From: Felis catus
Taxonomy: Eukaryota
Length of the DNA stretch: 64,000 nucleotides
Assembly: GCF_018350175.1 (NCBI RefSeq)
Contig: NC_058368.1
Coordinates: forward strand, 17,548,001-17,612,000
Reading direction: 5' to 3'
Part shown: positions 1 through 12,105 of the stretch, in pieces
How the letters are laid out: the number at the start of each line of letters is the position of its first letter
Numbering within the stretch: position 1 is the first letter of the stretch
The notes under the pieces: generated by a model
Databases searched by the model: none
Seen by the model: the letters and a program-made list of their open reading frames with translations, nothing else
What the model was told of the DNA's origin: nothing
Program-made: the position numbers and the translations under genes

Positions 1-450
1 AAGATAAAGATATACTGAAAATACACAGGGAATATGGGAAGTGCACAGTGGCACATTCAGACTGGCTATCCGGGGGCAGAAGCTGGGTGTGAGACAGAAA
101 AACAGACACAAATCAGTGGGCATACTAGAACAGACACTGCAGAGCAAGTGATGAGAGGCCTGACTGTATGTGCGTTATAGTGGAAAACTGCCCCAGGACC
201 CTAGCCAAAAACCCCCCAAAATTAATAATTTTGATTACTGTTAAGAGCAGAGTAGAACTGAGTCAGAAACGAGCTTTTCAAACAAAGGGATAAAATCGTG
301 AAAGTACAAGATCAATAGAGAGCACCACCACTTCCAAAAGAGACGCCATCCACAGAAAGCCCTCCCACTGGACTCCGCTTCTGTAGCCCTTTGCCCTGAA
401 ATTTCTTTCAGCAGCACAGAGCTGTTGACTGCTTTAAAATTGCAAACTGG

Positions 451-890
451 AGGGGTGCATTGGTGGCTCAGTCAGTTAAGCTTCCGACTTCTAATTTTGG
501 CTTAGGTCATGATCCCAGGGTTGTGGGATCGAGCCCCACGCTGATTGTGGAGCCTGCATAAGATTTTCTCCCTCTCTCTCTCCCCCTGCCCCTCTTCCCC
601 TTTCATGCTGTCTCTCTAAAGTAAATAAAATGGGGGGCGCTTGGGCGGCTTAGTTGGGTAAACATCCTACTTTGGCTCAGGTCACGATCTCACCGTCTGT
701 GAGTTCGGGCCCCGTGTAGGGCTCTGTGCTGTCAGCACAGAGCCTGCCTCAGATCTGCTGTCCCCTCTCTCTCTCTGCCTGTCCCCCACTTGCTCTGTCT
801 CTCTCTCTCTTTCTCAAAAATTAATAAACATTAAAAGTAAAATTAGAACAAATAAAATGAAAAAAAATTTTAATAAAATAAAACTGAAAA
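451..890 (+). mobile_element. Two nested Can-SINEs: an older copy (451-630) with a second SINE (632-~850) inserted in its A-tail
   Basis: Two tRNA-derived heads (GGGGTGCATTGGTGGCTCAG; GGGGCGCTTGGGCGGCTTAG), each followed by a CT-rich tract and an A-tail. The outer flanks AAAATTGCAAACTGGA / AAAACTGAAAACTGGA resemble a TSD. Confidence 0.9.
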
Positions 891-934
891 CTGGAGTCCC
901 TCAGTTCATATCACTGTGAGGGTCAGAAACACAA

Positions 935-1180
935 AGAATGCTAATATTTTGCAGTGTTTATTATGTATAGGCCTCCTTCCAAATACATTATATTAATTCA
1001 CGTAATGGTACCTATATGAGGTAGATACCAACTTGTATCATCCTGTTATACAAATGTGGACACTGAGGTACAAAGAACAAAAGTAATATCCTCAAAGGCA
1101 CATGGCCAGTAAGAAACAGAACTTGTAATCAGACCCAAGCAGTCTGAATTCAGAGTCCAGTCACTTAACCACTTAGCTAT
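935..1180 (-). mobile_element. MIR SINE relic
   Basis: Core-like ACAAATGTGGACACTGAGGTACAAAGA...CAAAGGCACATGGCCAGTAAG...ACCCAAGCAGTCTG. Confidence 0.75.
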
Positions 1181-2252
1181 CCCACCTCTCAGTAGGTGTA
1201 AGACATGTGTGGCCTTTGGCGATCATGATGGTACCCCCTCGAATTTCCGGGCCATCCTGTTTGCGAGCATTCTGCTCACTGTACCCACAGAAATCCCAGT
1301 ATTCCAGACATTTTCTGTCACATACAATAAATGTCTATAGATGTTTGTATGTGAATGTGGAAGTTCCAATCACCAAATGTTTCAACTTTAAAGTACAGGT
1401 AAAAGCTATTCTGTAGTTTAGATTATCTACCTTGATGCAGATAAAATATTTATACTCATAACTCATTGGCATGCAAACACTCAACCTCCGTGGACCACTC
1501 AAAACAAAATCTCCTCATGTTTAAATTGAGAGTGTTGGGTCAGAGGACCTCCCACTGTCAAGACATTATATTTTACATTTGTCGCTTGCATCCAGGTTCA
1601 GTCTCGTTTCTGCTGAAGTTAGCATGTAATCAGCCTTCCAGGAAAAGATTCATTCATATCCTCTAACGTCCAGCGGAGCACATTCCTGGACGTAATTGAG
1701 TCTGCTCAAATCAACGAGTCATTAACCATCTGTAACTCTCCGCAGATTAATTACCAACACCATTGTTAAGACTGTAACCTGTTTTGTTTGTGCTTCGAGA
1801 AATGTTTTTGTGCTTTCATTCTTAATCTGGCAGCAGCTGATATTAATTCAGACCATACATTACACTCTTTGGCTTTTCACGACTGCCATTTCCCATGGGC
1901 AACCTGACTCTCCTACCCACAGAAACAGCAGAGAGCACCTAGCTTGTAAGATACCAGATGAACAATACCCAGTGATGAGCTTTCTGTACTAAATGGGGCG
2001 TGAGGTTCATTGCACTCCCTATCACAGTCAAGCGGACTTGCGACAGGGAGAAGAAATAAGTCATTTAAATAAACTAGAAAAGAGAAAAGAAGACTTCCAA
2101 GTCACTCAGCCAGTTAAAACCAATTTAACACGTTCATAGAATTTAGGACCTTTCTGCCTAAAGCCCTTTAGTGGATTAAATAGCCAGAGAATTGGCAGAG
2201 AGAAAGGAATGAACATTGCCGGCATTTAATATGTGCCAGTCACAGTGCAGTA

Positions 2253-2453
2253 TTTTTTTTTTTTTAACATTTATTTATTTTTGAGAGAGAGACAGAGCAT
2301 GAGCAGAGAGAGAGGGAGACACAGAATCCAAAACAGGCTCCAGGCTCTGAGCTGTCAGCATAGAGCCCAACGTGGGGCTCGAACTCACAAACTGTGAGAT
2401 CATGATCTGAGCCGAAGTTGGAAGCTTAACTGACGGAGCCACCCAGGCGCCCC
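2253..2453 (-). mobile_element. Can-SINE (SINEC_Fc-like)
   Basis: Poly-T, GA-rich tract, ends GAGCCACCCAGGCGCCCC; TGCAGT on both flanks. Confidence 0.95.
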
Positions 2454-2730
2454 ACCATGCAGTCATTAAGATAAGAATGACAGCTGCAAACATTTCTTCC
2501 ACATGCACAGTTCCAACTGCTCTACACATACCCACTCATATAATCCTCACATTAGTCCACAAAAGTTAGCACAGTTTTTATCCCCATATTACTGCTTTTA
2601 AACTTATAACAAATTTAAGAGAGAGCCAAATATTACCCCTATTCTTCAGATGAGGCACTGTGTCTCAGACAACTGTATAATTTGACTTAAGTCAGAATTC
2701 ACACTCATGTCTGTCTGACCCCAAAATCGT

Positions 2731-2955
2731 GTTTTTTTAAAAAAAAAAATGTTTATTTTGGAGAAAGAAAGAGAGAGTGCATGTGCACAAGTGGGAGAGG
2801 GTCAGAGAGAGAGAGAGAGAAAGAGAGAGAGAATCCCAAGCAGGTTGTGTGCTGTCAGCCTAGAGCCCGATGTGGGCTCAGATCCACAAACTGTGAGATC
2901 ATGACCTGAGCCGAAATCAAGAGTCAGACGCTTAACTGAGTCATCCGGGCGCCCC
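2731..2955 (-). mobile_element. Can-SINE
   Basis: Reverse-complement Can-SINE body ending GGGCGCCCC. Confidence 0.93.
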
Positions 2956-3184
2956 GTTTCCTGCCTCACCATGAATCGCAATACTCTTGAAAAGCTTTTC
3001 ATTCTATATTGTACTTGACAATTTCTAAGTTGGGAGGGCCCTTAATGACTTCAAGTTTATCTGTTTTTATTTTCTAGAAAACCGTTGCTTACTTTAAATG
3101 GTTAGCAGGTCTGAAACCCCAGTATCTGCCTTCTTAACCTAAATCATCTTTGCCTCTGTGGTTAGGACTCACACAATTCTAACA

Positions 3185-3290
3185 CAATGATTCTTAAGTC
3201 AGGCTATGCATCAGAGAGCTCACCTGTGGTGTTTTTAAAACTACAGATTGCCCTGCACCATCATAGACCTAGTGAATCCAGGTTATCTAG
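3185..3290. mobile_element. MER5-like hAT DNA transposon fragment
   Basis: GGCTATGCATCAGAGAGCTCACCTG...TTAAAACTACAGATTGCC...AGACCTAGTGAATC resembles MER5A. Confidence 0.55.
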
Positions 3291-3480
3291 TCAGAAAATG
3301 TGTTATCCAATGTTACTTAACTTCACGCACTATTAATATAATTATTTACTCTACACTCCTAGAAACTGAACTTTGAGTCACCTTATTACTGTCAGGATTA
3401 CAATGGACTAGACTTCAAGACATAACAGGACTTCAGTAGAATAGGCAAGTAGAGAGCCAGGATCAAAGACTATGGGTTCT

Positions 3481-3686
3481 GGGGCACCTGGGTGGCTCAG
3501 TCAGTTAAGCCTCCAACTCTTGATTTTGGCTCAGGTCATGATCTCACAGTTCATGGGTTCAAGCCCCGCGTCAGGCTCTGTGCTGATGGTGTGGAGCCTG
3601 CTTGGGATTCTCTGTCTCTCTCTCTCTCTCTCTGCCTCTCTCTCTCTCTTATTTATTTTCTCTCAACAAAAAATTAATTAAAAAAA
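3481..3686 (+). mobile_element. Can-SINE with TSD
   Basis: GGGGCACCTGGGTGGCTCAG head, CT tract, A-tail; TSD GACTATGGGTTCT on both sides. Confidence 0.95.
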
Positions 3687-5084
3687 GGACTATGGGTTCT
3701 GACTCAGCAATAGACTCAGCTGTAGTGAGTCTTGAAAGAAGTGACCCTTGAAAGAAGTGACCAGAAGTTTACTGGGCACAGTAAACCAAGGAGGTGGTCT
3801 TCAGTTGTCTTTCAGTAGTCAGAGGTCTTTATGCAGTGAAGGTGTTCAAAGTTAGGCCGGAGGTAACATTGTCATTCTGCATAATCTGAGTTAGAACAGA
3901 CCCTTAACCAGAACAGTGATCAAAGGAAGGGTCTACACTCTGGGAAAGTGGGGCTGGTAAGGTAGAGGAGAGTTGGCAAGGCTTCAGTCACATAACTTAG
4001 GCTCTGGGGAAGATGCTCGGCCCCACAGAGTTTCTAGTACAGGAAGGAGCTGAACCAGACACTCATTGTTTATTTCTTCATGTAAACAACCATTTCTTCA
4101 CTTAAGCATTGATCACCTCTTAGACCAGGCACTAGACAGAGTAGGTGCCTTGCATATTCTATCACTGTAGTGCGGATTATTCACTATTTCTTGGCCATCC
4201 AGCAGAAGAGAACACCTTTCCCGTATTTAAAAAATCCCCTAACTTATGACTCTGAGGACACATAGAAGCTGGGCTACAGGTTGTCATCTAGGCCCTGCCA
4301 ATCAAAGACCAACAACGGCTTCTGGCCCTCTGCCAGGCACTAGAGATTTCAAGAGCAAAAAGCCCTCATATATTGGGCTTAGTCCACACCAACCCCAGTG
4401 GTATGGTGCCTGCTGATATATGGACCACCTTGGTCAGAACTGGCTGAGGGGCTATGCAAGGTGGAGTCTGTACATGTTGAGTGTTAGTGTCCACAGCTGC
4501 CCAGGGAAGGGAGGCCCTGACAATAGAGAAGAACACTAAGCGTATGGTACCTCGTGTATCCACCCTAGTGCAGTTGTCCGCATCAGCAAAATACATCTAA
4601 TGAGCGGAAGATGAAAAAAGGGGAAGCGAGGGGTACGCCTGTTCATGCACAAACTGGAAACTCCGCGTACCACTTCTAAGCACATCTCACTGACCAGATC
4701 ATAAGCACACCTCACTGTGAAGGGGTCTGCAAGTTATAGGCTTAGCTGGGCAGCTATCCCTCTGTTGGTGATATATACGTATGTGTATGTTATATATATA
4801 ATATATATGTATGTGTATATTATATGCATAACATAACATACACATACATATATCTTTATTCTATTGTGCTATTTATTAAAAAAGAAAATTCCCAAATTGA
4901 TAAGCAATCTGGGCTTAAGTCTTGTTTTCTAAAACCAATTTAGTTCAACAAAATTTATGGGATGCTTGTAACAAAAGTCTATAGGTTCTTATGTTATAAA
5001 TCTTGTGTATTAATTATACTAGACACTGATCATTTTGATGACCATCATCTGAACCTCATGATATTTTAGCAATCCCTTACCTCT

Positions 5085-5292
5085 TTTCTGATTGGATCTA
5101 AGTGAGCAAGAAGCAGCAATTTCTTCTAGACATGCTGTTAAGACATTTGCATGTCAAAGAGTGGGAGATAAATCTGAGAAGAATTCAGGGGCCTAACCCA
5201 CTCACCCCCATGAAATTTCTAGGGACCCAGTGATGTACAGCAGGTCCAGATATCCCTTCTAAGGTAAAGGATAATTCCTTGCCTCTGGCTCT
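5085..5292 (+). mobile_element. Orphan ERVL pol (reverse transcriptase) fragment, decayed
   Basis: CTGATTGGATCTAAGTGAGCAAGAAGCAGCA...GTGGGAGATAAATCTG...ATTCAGGGGCC...TGAAATTTCTAGGGACCCAG...GATATCCCTTCTAAGGTAAAGGATAA follows the ERVL RT stretch LIGPSEQE..GWEIN..KIQGP..VKFLGVQW..DIPSKVKD, with stops and frameshifts. Confidence 0.75.
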
Positions 5293-5703
5293 TAAAGATA
5301 TCAGGCCCTAATACCTGGAATCTGTAAATGTTACCTTATAGGGTCATGTTTTTGTAGAAGTAATGCGATTAAGGATTTCAAGGTAAAGCGATTATCCTGA
5401 ATCGTCTAGGTGGGCCTTATCCGTCATTGCAAGTTATTGGAAGAAGGGAGAGGGGGATTTGGCAACACACACCCAGAAGGCAGTTGAGGTCAGAGGCAGA
5501 GGCTGGAGTAGCATCCACAAGGTCAAGAATGCCAGAAGCCCCCAGACACTAGGGAGGGCAAAGATGGGACCCACCCCCAAGAGAGGAGAGAATGGGGCCC
5601 TGCTGACACCTTGATTTTGGACTTTGGCCTCCAGCACTGTGAGAGAATAAAATTCTTGTCTTAAGTTTGTGGTTACTAACAACAACCACAGAAAACGAAT
5701 ACG
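5292..5703 (+). mobile_element. MaLR solo LTR (MLT1B/C-like)
   Basis: CCTAATACCTGGAATCTGTAAATGTTACCTTA...GCCCTGCTGACACCTTGATTTTGGACTTTGGCCTCCAGCACTGTGAGAGAATAAA...AAACGAATAC. Confidence 0.85.
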
Positions 5704-7065
5704 GATTTTTCTATTAGTAACTGGAAAGAGCAGATACCAGTCTCTCACTTTCCTGATCTTCCTTGGAGGGAGGGCACGGGCATGTACTGGGAGATGCATC
5801 CTGGAACTTGAGTCAGGAGTTTCTGGTACAAAATTCTGGGACGGTAGAAAATTCTCTCTGGCAGCAATGTGAGTTACAGGAAGGTGAATTTTCTGGAGTG
5901 GGAATGCTGGGCCAGTTCAGCGGGGAGATCTTGGCACGACTTCTGGCTGCATGGCCTCCATCCAGCCTGGTGCACCTGACTGTCCAGGAACTCTGTAGGC
6001 TGTTGACGTTCTTTTGTTTATACTGAATTGCGTTGGTCCCCACAAACTAAAACCCTGACCAATACATGGCTTCGCCATTTGTGTGGGTAATTTCCCACAA
6101 CTTTCTCTTTCTTTCTCCCTTGGTAGAAGGATCAGTACAGAGATATTGGCATAGATAGATCTACACATATACATTTAATTTTCTCCCCTTTGAAGAGATG
6201 TGAAAGACACGCCAAGTGTGGTTTTTTTGTGAGTAAATGCACATAGACGGTGCATTTGGGGCCCTGCAAAGCAACTGGTTATAAGATTTCTTTGATGTTT
6301 ATCAAACATGGAAGATTTGAACCCAAAGCACAGCCATTGCTTCTCAGAAGGAGGTGAGCCCCAGGAGGATACAGCCTATGAGGAAGATGTGTCGAGTGTA
6401 ACAGCCAGCCTTGGGGCTCGGGTGCGCCAGGGGGTGGGCTGGTCCTGCCCTGACAGCCAGGCCCAGGGAAGGATAGAGCGCTGTGTAAAAGCTGAGCCCC
6501 AGTCTCAGGAGAAGCTGTCGAGGATGCGTCTATCTTGAATGTAAAATGGACAACCTGAGTCCCTATTTGTCCTGTGGCTTTCCCTTGGCTGATACCTTCT
6601 CAGGGACACAGCACAGTGAAATCACAGGACAGGAGAGGTCACAACACAGAATCTAGGGAAAGAGAACTCATCTGTACTCAAAGTTTGCCATAGCCAGACT
6701 CTTCATTTACCACTCAGGTTAATTCTTTACGTAGCCTAGTGATGCAGATACTCTCATTAATATTCTGAAGATGAGAAAACCTCACTTCTGGGTGGACAAG
6801 CACCTTCCTGGCGGTCACAGGGAAAAGGGTGGGCTCCACCCAGGCCTGCCCTTCTCCAAACCCACATTCTCCACTTTCTGCCAAGTTTACCTGCTGCCTT
6901 GTGACTAAGGGATGTGATGGGACTCAGGTAACCTCACACAGTTTCTAATCTAGAAACTTAGGATAAAGATTTTTTAAGTTTTTAAAAATATGACTACAAA
7001 TGTCTCTTTATTTTTACAAAATAACATCCACATCCATAAATAGTTTAAAAATTAAGACATACTTG

Positions 7066-7275
7066 GGGCACCCGGGTGGCTCAGTCTGTTAAGTGTCTGA
7101 CTTCGGCTCAGGTCATGATCTCACAGTTTGTGGGTTCGAGCCCTGTATCGGGCTCTGTGCTGATGGCCCAGAGCCTGGAGCCTGCTTCAGATTCTGTGTC
7201 TCCCTCTCTCTCTGCCCCTGCCCCACTCACACTCTGTCTCTCTCTCAAAAATAAATAAACATGAAAAAATTGTTA
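7066..7275 (+). mobile_element. Can-SINE with TSD
   Basis: Typical head, body and tail; TSD AAAAATTAAG(A/G)CATACTT. Confidence 0.95.
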
Positions 7276-7470
7276 AAAATTAAGGCATACTTTCTTTGTT
7301 AAAAGAAAATATCAATTAGTAAATAAGAATATCCAGAAAATATCTATAGTTTAATACAGTAATTTAAATAACAATTGCCCTATTCGTTCTAACATACTTG
7401 GCAAAAATAACCTTCAAATGTACATAAGCATAAAATTCCTAAATTATACCTCTAGCCCAGATTCTTCTCA

Positions 7471-8072
7471 GTGGTAGACAGAATTACAAAGGTGGTTTCC
7501 AGGATCTCTGCCTCCTGGGTATTTAGTCAAACACTAAGGTAGCACTTCTGTGAAGGGATTTTGCATATTGTCATCAAGATGTCAGGTCAGTTGACCTTAA
7601 GATATGATGATTATCCAGTGGCCTTGACTCAATCAAGTGAGCCCTTAAAGTGCCTAGAGTTTCCTTTGGCCAGTGAGAGAGGAATTCCCAGAGATCCAAA
7701 GCATAAGAAACCCTCCTCTTGCTCTTGCTGGTTTGAAGGAATGCAGGCAGCCTCTAGGAGGAGAGAGTGACCCCAGTTAAGCTGCCAGCCAGCCAGGAAA
7801 TGGTGACCTCAGACCCTCAACCACAAGGAACTAGATTCCACTAACAGCCTAAATGGGCTTGGAAACAAATTCTTCCCCAGAGCACCTAAATTAGAACACA
7901 GCCTGGCCAAAAACCCGATTCCAGCTTTGTGAGGCCCCACCCAGAGAACCCCGGAGAGCCCACCTGACTTTCCCACCTACAGGACTGTGAGTGAGAGTGC
8001 ACTTGGGTGCACTTGGGTGCTGTTTAGTAGAAGTTTCTACCATAAACTCAGAAGGGCCATAGAAAACTAAGT
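7471..8072 (+). mobile_element. MaLR solo LTR (MLT1D/E-like)
   Basis: GTGGTAGACAGAAT start; CAGTTGACCTTAAGA; CAACCACAAGGAACTAGATTC; CAGCTTTGTGAGGCCC; ATAGAAAACTAA end. Confidence 0.85.
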
Positions 8073-8530
8073 AGTAGAAAACTACTACTCAGCAGTGGAA
8101 AGGTAAGACATTCTCCTAAGCTCGAGATCTACACACAGAACTTATTCTTCCCATAAGTATTTATTGAGCATGAATTTGTGTATACCACTTAGGATATATC
8201 CCTAAACAAAAGGAACACAGTCCTGTCCTGTGGACCTTCTATTCCATTAGAAAAGATGGATATAGTGACCTCCAACTCAACCTTATCTCCCATTCCTCTT
8301 CTTTCTGTGTGCCCTCTCTCCGTGGACATCATGGTGGCATCCACTCAGATGTCAAGTTAGAAACCCTAGCGTCCTTTTCTGTCTTCCTCCACCACTATGT
8401 CCAATCAGCCAACAGGTCCTACTTATTCTACTTCTGTAACATTTTTCAAATATACAACCTTATTTCCAAACACAGGTCCTTCCTTAGTTCGAGCCACTGG
8501 CAACTTTCCCTCAGATTACTGCAACAGCTT

Positions 8531-8753
8531 CTTTTTAAAAATGTTTATTTATTTATTTTGTGCATGAAAGAGAGAGAGAGAGAGCTTGAGCAAAGGAGGG
8601 GCAGAGAGAGAGAGGGAGAGAGAGAATCCCAAGCAGACTCTGTACTGCCACCATGGAGCCTGACGTGGGGCTCGAACCCACAAACTGTCCGGTCATGATG
8701 GGAGCTGAAACCAAGAGTCGGATGCTTAACCCACTGAGCCACCCAGGTGCCCC
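8531..8753 (-). mobile_element. Can-SINE
   Basis: Reverse SINE; TSD TACTGCAACAG. Confidence 0.93.
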
Positions 8754-8989
8754 TACTGCAACAGTCTCTTAAATAGCCTCTTCCATTGCCAACTCCATTC
8801 CTGATCCCTGGTTTATTCACACTGAAGCCAGAGTAATTTCCCTTTAGCACAGATCTAGCCATTCACTCCATGCTTCGAGTCTCCCAAAGTCCCCCTTGCC
8901 TTCAACTCTAACAATATCCAAACCTCACCCTGACCCATGAGCTATATGATACGAATCACACAGTGCCCTTTAAGTTCCTTTCCTCCTTT

Positions 8990-9202
8990 AAAAAAATTTT
9001 TTTTTAATGTTCATATATTTTTGAGAGAGAGAGAGACAGAGAGAGCATGAGTGGGGGACGGGCAGAGGGAGAGGGAGACACAGAATCCGAAGCAGGCTGC
9101 GAGCAGTCAGCACAGAGCTCTACGCAGGGCTCAAACTCATGAACCGTGAGATCATGACCTGAGCCAGTCAGACACTTAACCGACTGAGCCACCCATGTGC
9201 CC
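8990..9202 (-). mobile_element. Can-SINE
   Basis: Reverse SINE ending GAGCCACCCATGTGCCCC. Confidence 0.93.
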
Positions 9203-11327
9203 CTCCTCCTTTTCTTTCCAATAAGTACCTTGTCACCTATATCCCTTTCCCTTGCAGCTACTGTACTCTCCAGCTGTACTGAACCACCCAGACATCATCT
9301 CTCTGTCTTCCAGTGCTTTTCCCTCCACATGAGACAGATCTCCACCCCCACCTCCAACTTGTTTTCACTTCTGGAAAGACTTAATGCTCTTTCGCGGGCT
9401 GTCTTGTACCCTATACCTGGCCTCTTTTAGTATTTCCCACTCAGCGTTTGTTCAATGGGTAGTTGATTGTATTAAGCAACATTCTGATCAGTAAAATTGA
9501 TTAGCTCAAGCTTTGCTGACAGTCGCTTTAAATCATGAGCTAAAGTGATTCGATTTATCTCCGAACCACCTCATTTTTGAGTGTATTTGTTGTATCCATT
9601 AAATTGATCATAAAAGGCTTTCTGTGAAAATCCTTTCTTTCCCTGCTATATTCTGTATGCCTGTTCATTATAAGGCTGGGACTGAAATAAAGTTGTACTG
9701 AAGTGCTTTAAAAATATCATTTTATGAATAACATGTCTGAGAGAGAATTTCTGAATCTGTTTGCAAAGCTGCCATCAATCTGTCACCTTAAAATATTTTC
9801 ACTAGCTGTTCTCACATTTACCAATGTTATTGCCATAAAACTCACACAGCGATTTTGTTGAACGAATGAATGTTGATAAGCATATGACTATGTTTATCAG
9901 AAACCTGAAGATCCACTGGGGAGACGGGAACACTGAAGGCATCGCCGTGTAGATGAGTGGGTCTCATTAAGGCTTCCAAATTGGGACCTTACAGGCAGGA
10001 ATGTGACAGAATACGGAGATTGCAAGGGGATGGGGTAGGGCAAACATTGAGAAATAAAGAAGAAAACCACATTTCTGCACAAAATGGGTAGATAGCCAGA
10101 ATGAGAAAGGAAATTTTTACTGGGCACTTTTCTAGTTCTTTTCTCTCTCACACTGAGCGTGTTATACTTGAACTTCTGCAGAGAATAGGGCAAGGGAATA
10201 CCAAGCAGCAAAATGGCTTATAATGCAAAACAGTCTTCTATTGACCATGTTGGCTAGAGTTCTTCATTATAAGCAAATGATATCTACTCTGATTGATTCG
10301 CACATGAAAATTATTATTTGCATAATTATTGATTCGCAAATGAAATTTATTAAAAAGACACTGAAGAGTTCACAGAAAAATGCAACAAGATTAGAGAATG
10401 TGGCTTGGGGGTTACTCAGCCACACACACACAGTCCCCAAAGGACACATCTAAGCTGGTTGTGAACGTATACAGCTTGTACTCCTAATGTTGTTAGCCCT
10501 GAACATTGGCCACATTGGTGGCCAAAGGACACCATTATGAGTACTCACTGCTATCCTGAAAACTTCATTTATACTAATTGTTACCACTGCATGAGAGAGA
10601 ACTCTTTGCCTCTCTGAATCTCTAGTTCCCAAGTTAAAGACAAGGGCAGCCTTATTAGGTGCTGTACAGCCAAAAATAATAACAAATAACTGCAAAACCA
10701 AACATAAGAATTGGTAGCATATATTAGATAAATTGAACTACATTAAAATTAAGGATTCTGTTCATCAAAAGACATCATCAAGAGATTTCAAAACAAGTCA
10801 TAAACTAAAAGAAGATATTTACTTCATGTATATTCAACAGAGGGTTATTATTTGGAATACATAATGAATTCCTATGAATCAGTAAGAAAAAATAGAGAAA
10901 TGAACAAACATATGAGCAAGAATTTCATAGAATCAAAAAAAGCATATAATATGACAATGTCTTTAATGTTATATATAATCAGTAAAATGGAAATTTTTAA
11001 AAATTAGACACAATTTGGTATTCACCAAATTAGCGAAAATTCAAGTCTGACAAGAACAAGTGTCTGTAAGAATCTAAAAACAAAGATTTCTCATACATGT
11101 TGGAGTTAGTCTCAGTGAAAATAAATCTTTTGGAAACCAGTTTGGCCTTGGCTAGTAAAATTCAACAAATACGTATGTTCTGAGCTAGACATTTTATTCC
11201 TTGGACTATAACACAAAGAAACTCTTGTTTATGGGGACAAAACCTAGTAAGGACATAGTGACATTTTGATATAAATTTGAACTATCCAAATGCTTATTAA
11301 TAGTGGGAGAAAGAAATAGTTTTTGTT

Positions 11328-11553
11328 GGGGCGCCGGGGTGGCTCAGTCGGTTAAGCATCTGACTTCGGCTCAGGTCATGATCTCACAGTCCGTGAGTTC
11401 AAGCCCCGCGTCGGATTCTGTGTTGACAGCTCAGAGCCTGGAGCCTGCTCTAAATTCTGTGTCTTCCTCTCCCTCTACCCCTCCCCTGCTCGCACTCTGT
11501 CTCTCTCTCTCTCTCTCAAAAATAATGAATAAACATTTAAAAAATTTTAAAAA
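11328..11553 (+). mobile_element. Can-SINE
   Basis: GGGGCGCCGGGGTGGCTCAG head, CT tract, A-tail. Confidence 0.95.
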
Positions 11554-11884
11554 AGAGAAATACTTCTTGTTTACATTTATTTATTGGCATACTCTACATT
11601 AGTCGAAAAAAATCAATGAACGACAGTCACTCATATCATCATTCGTGACCCTCCAAAGCAAGACACTGAATGAAAGGAGTAATTCCAAAAGAAAATCTAC
11701 AACATACGTCATTTATGTAAAGTTTAAAAACTCAGCAATATATCGTGAAAGGATAATGAGAACGATGAAGCTACAAAGAACACCAGCACTGTGGTTAACT
11801 AAACATCACAACAGTGATTGAAGGGGGGCATGGGAAAGAACTTCTGCAGGCCACAGCAGTGGCATCCAAAGTTCTGGTTATCTA

Positions 11885-12105
11885 GAGGCGCCTGGGTGGC
11901 TCAGTCAGTTAATCCTCCGACTCCTGCTTTCGGCTCAGGTCATGATCTCACAGTTCGTGGGATCAAGCCCCACATCAGGCTCTGTGCTGACAGCGTGGAG
12001 CCTGCTTGGGATTCTTTCCCTCTCTCTTTCTCTCTGCCCTTCCCCTGTTCCTGCTCTCTCTCTCTCTCTCAAAAATAAATAAACTTAAAAACAAAACAAA
12101 ACAAA
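11885..12105 (+). mobile_element. Can-SINE
   Basis: Head, CT tract, (AAAAC)n tail; TSD CAAAGT(T/C)CTGGTTAT. Confidence 0.95.

Larger units (their letters stand above)
8150..9460. mobile_element. L2 LINE fragments interrupted by two Can-SINEs
   Basis: TTTATTGAGCA; AGAAACCCTAGCGTCCTT...GTCCAATCAGCCAACAGGTCCT...AGATTACTGCAACAG; CACTGAAGCCAGAGTAAT are L2-type stretches. Confidence 0.65.
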
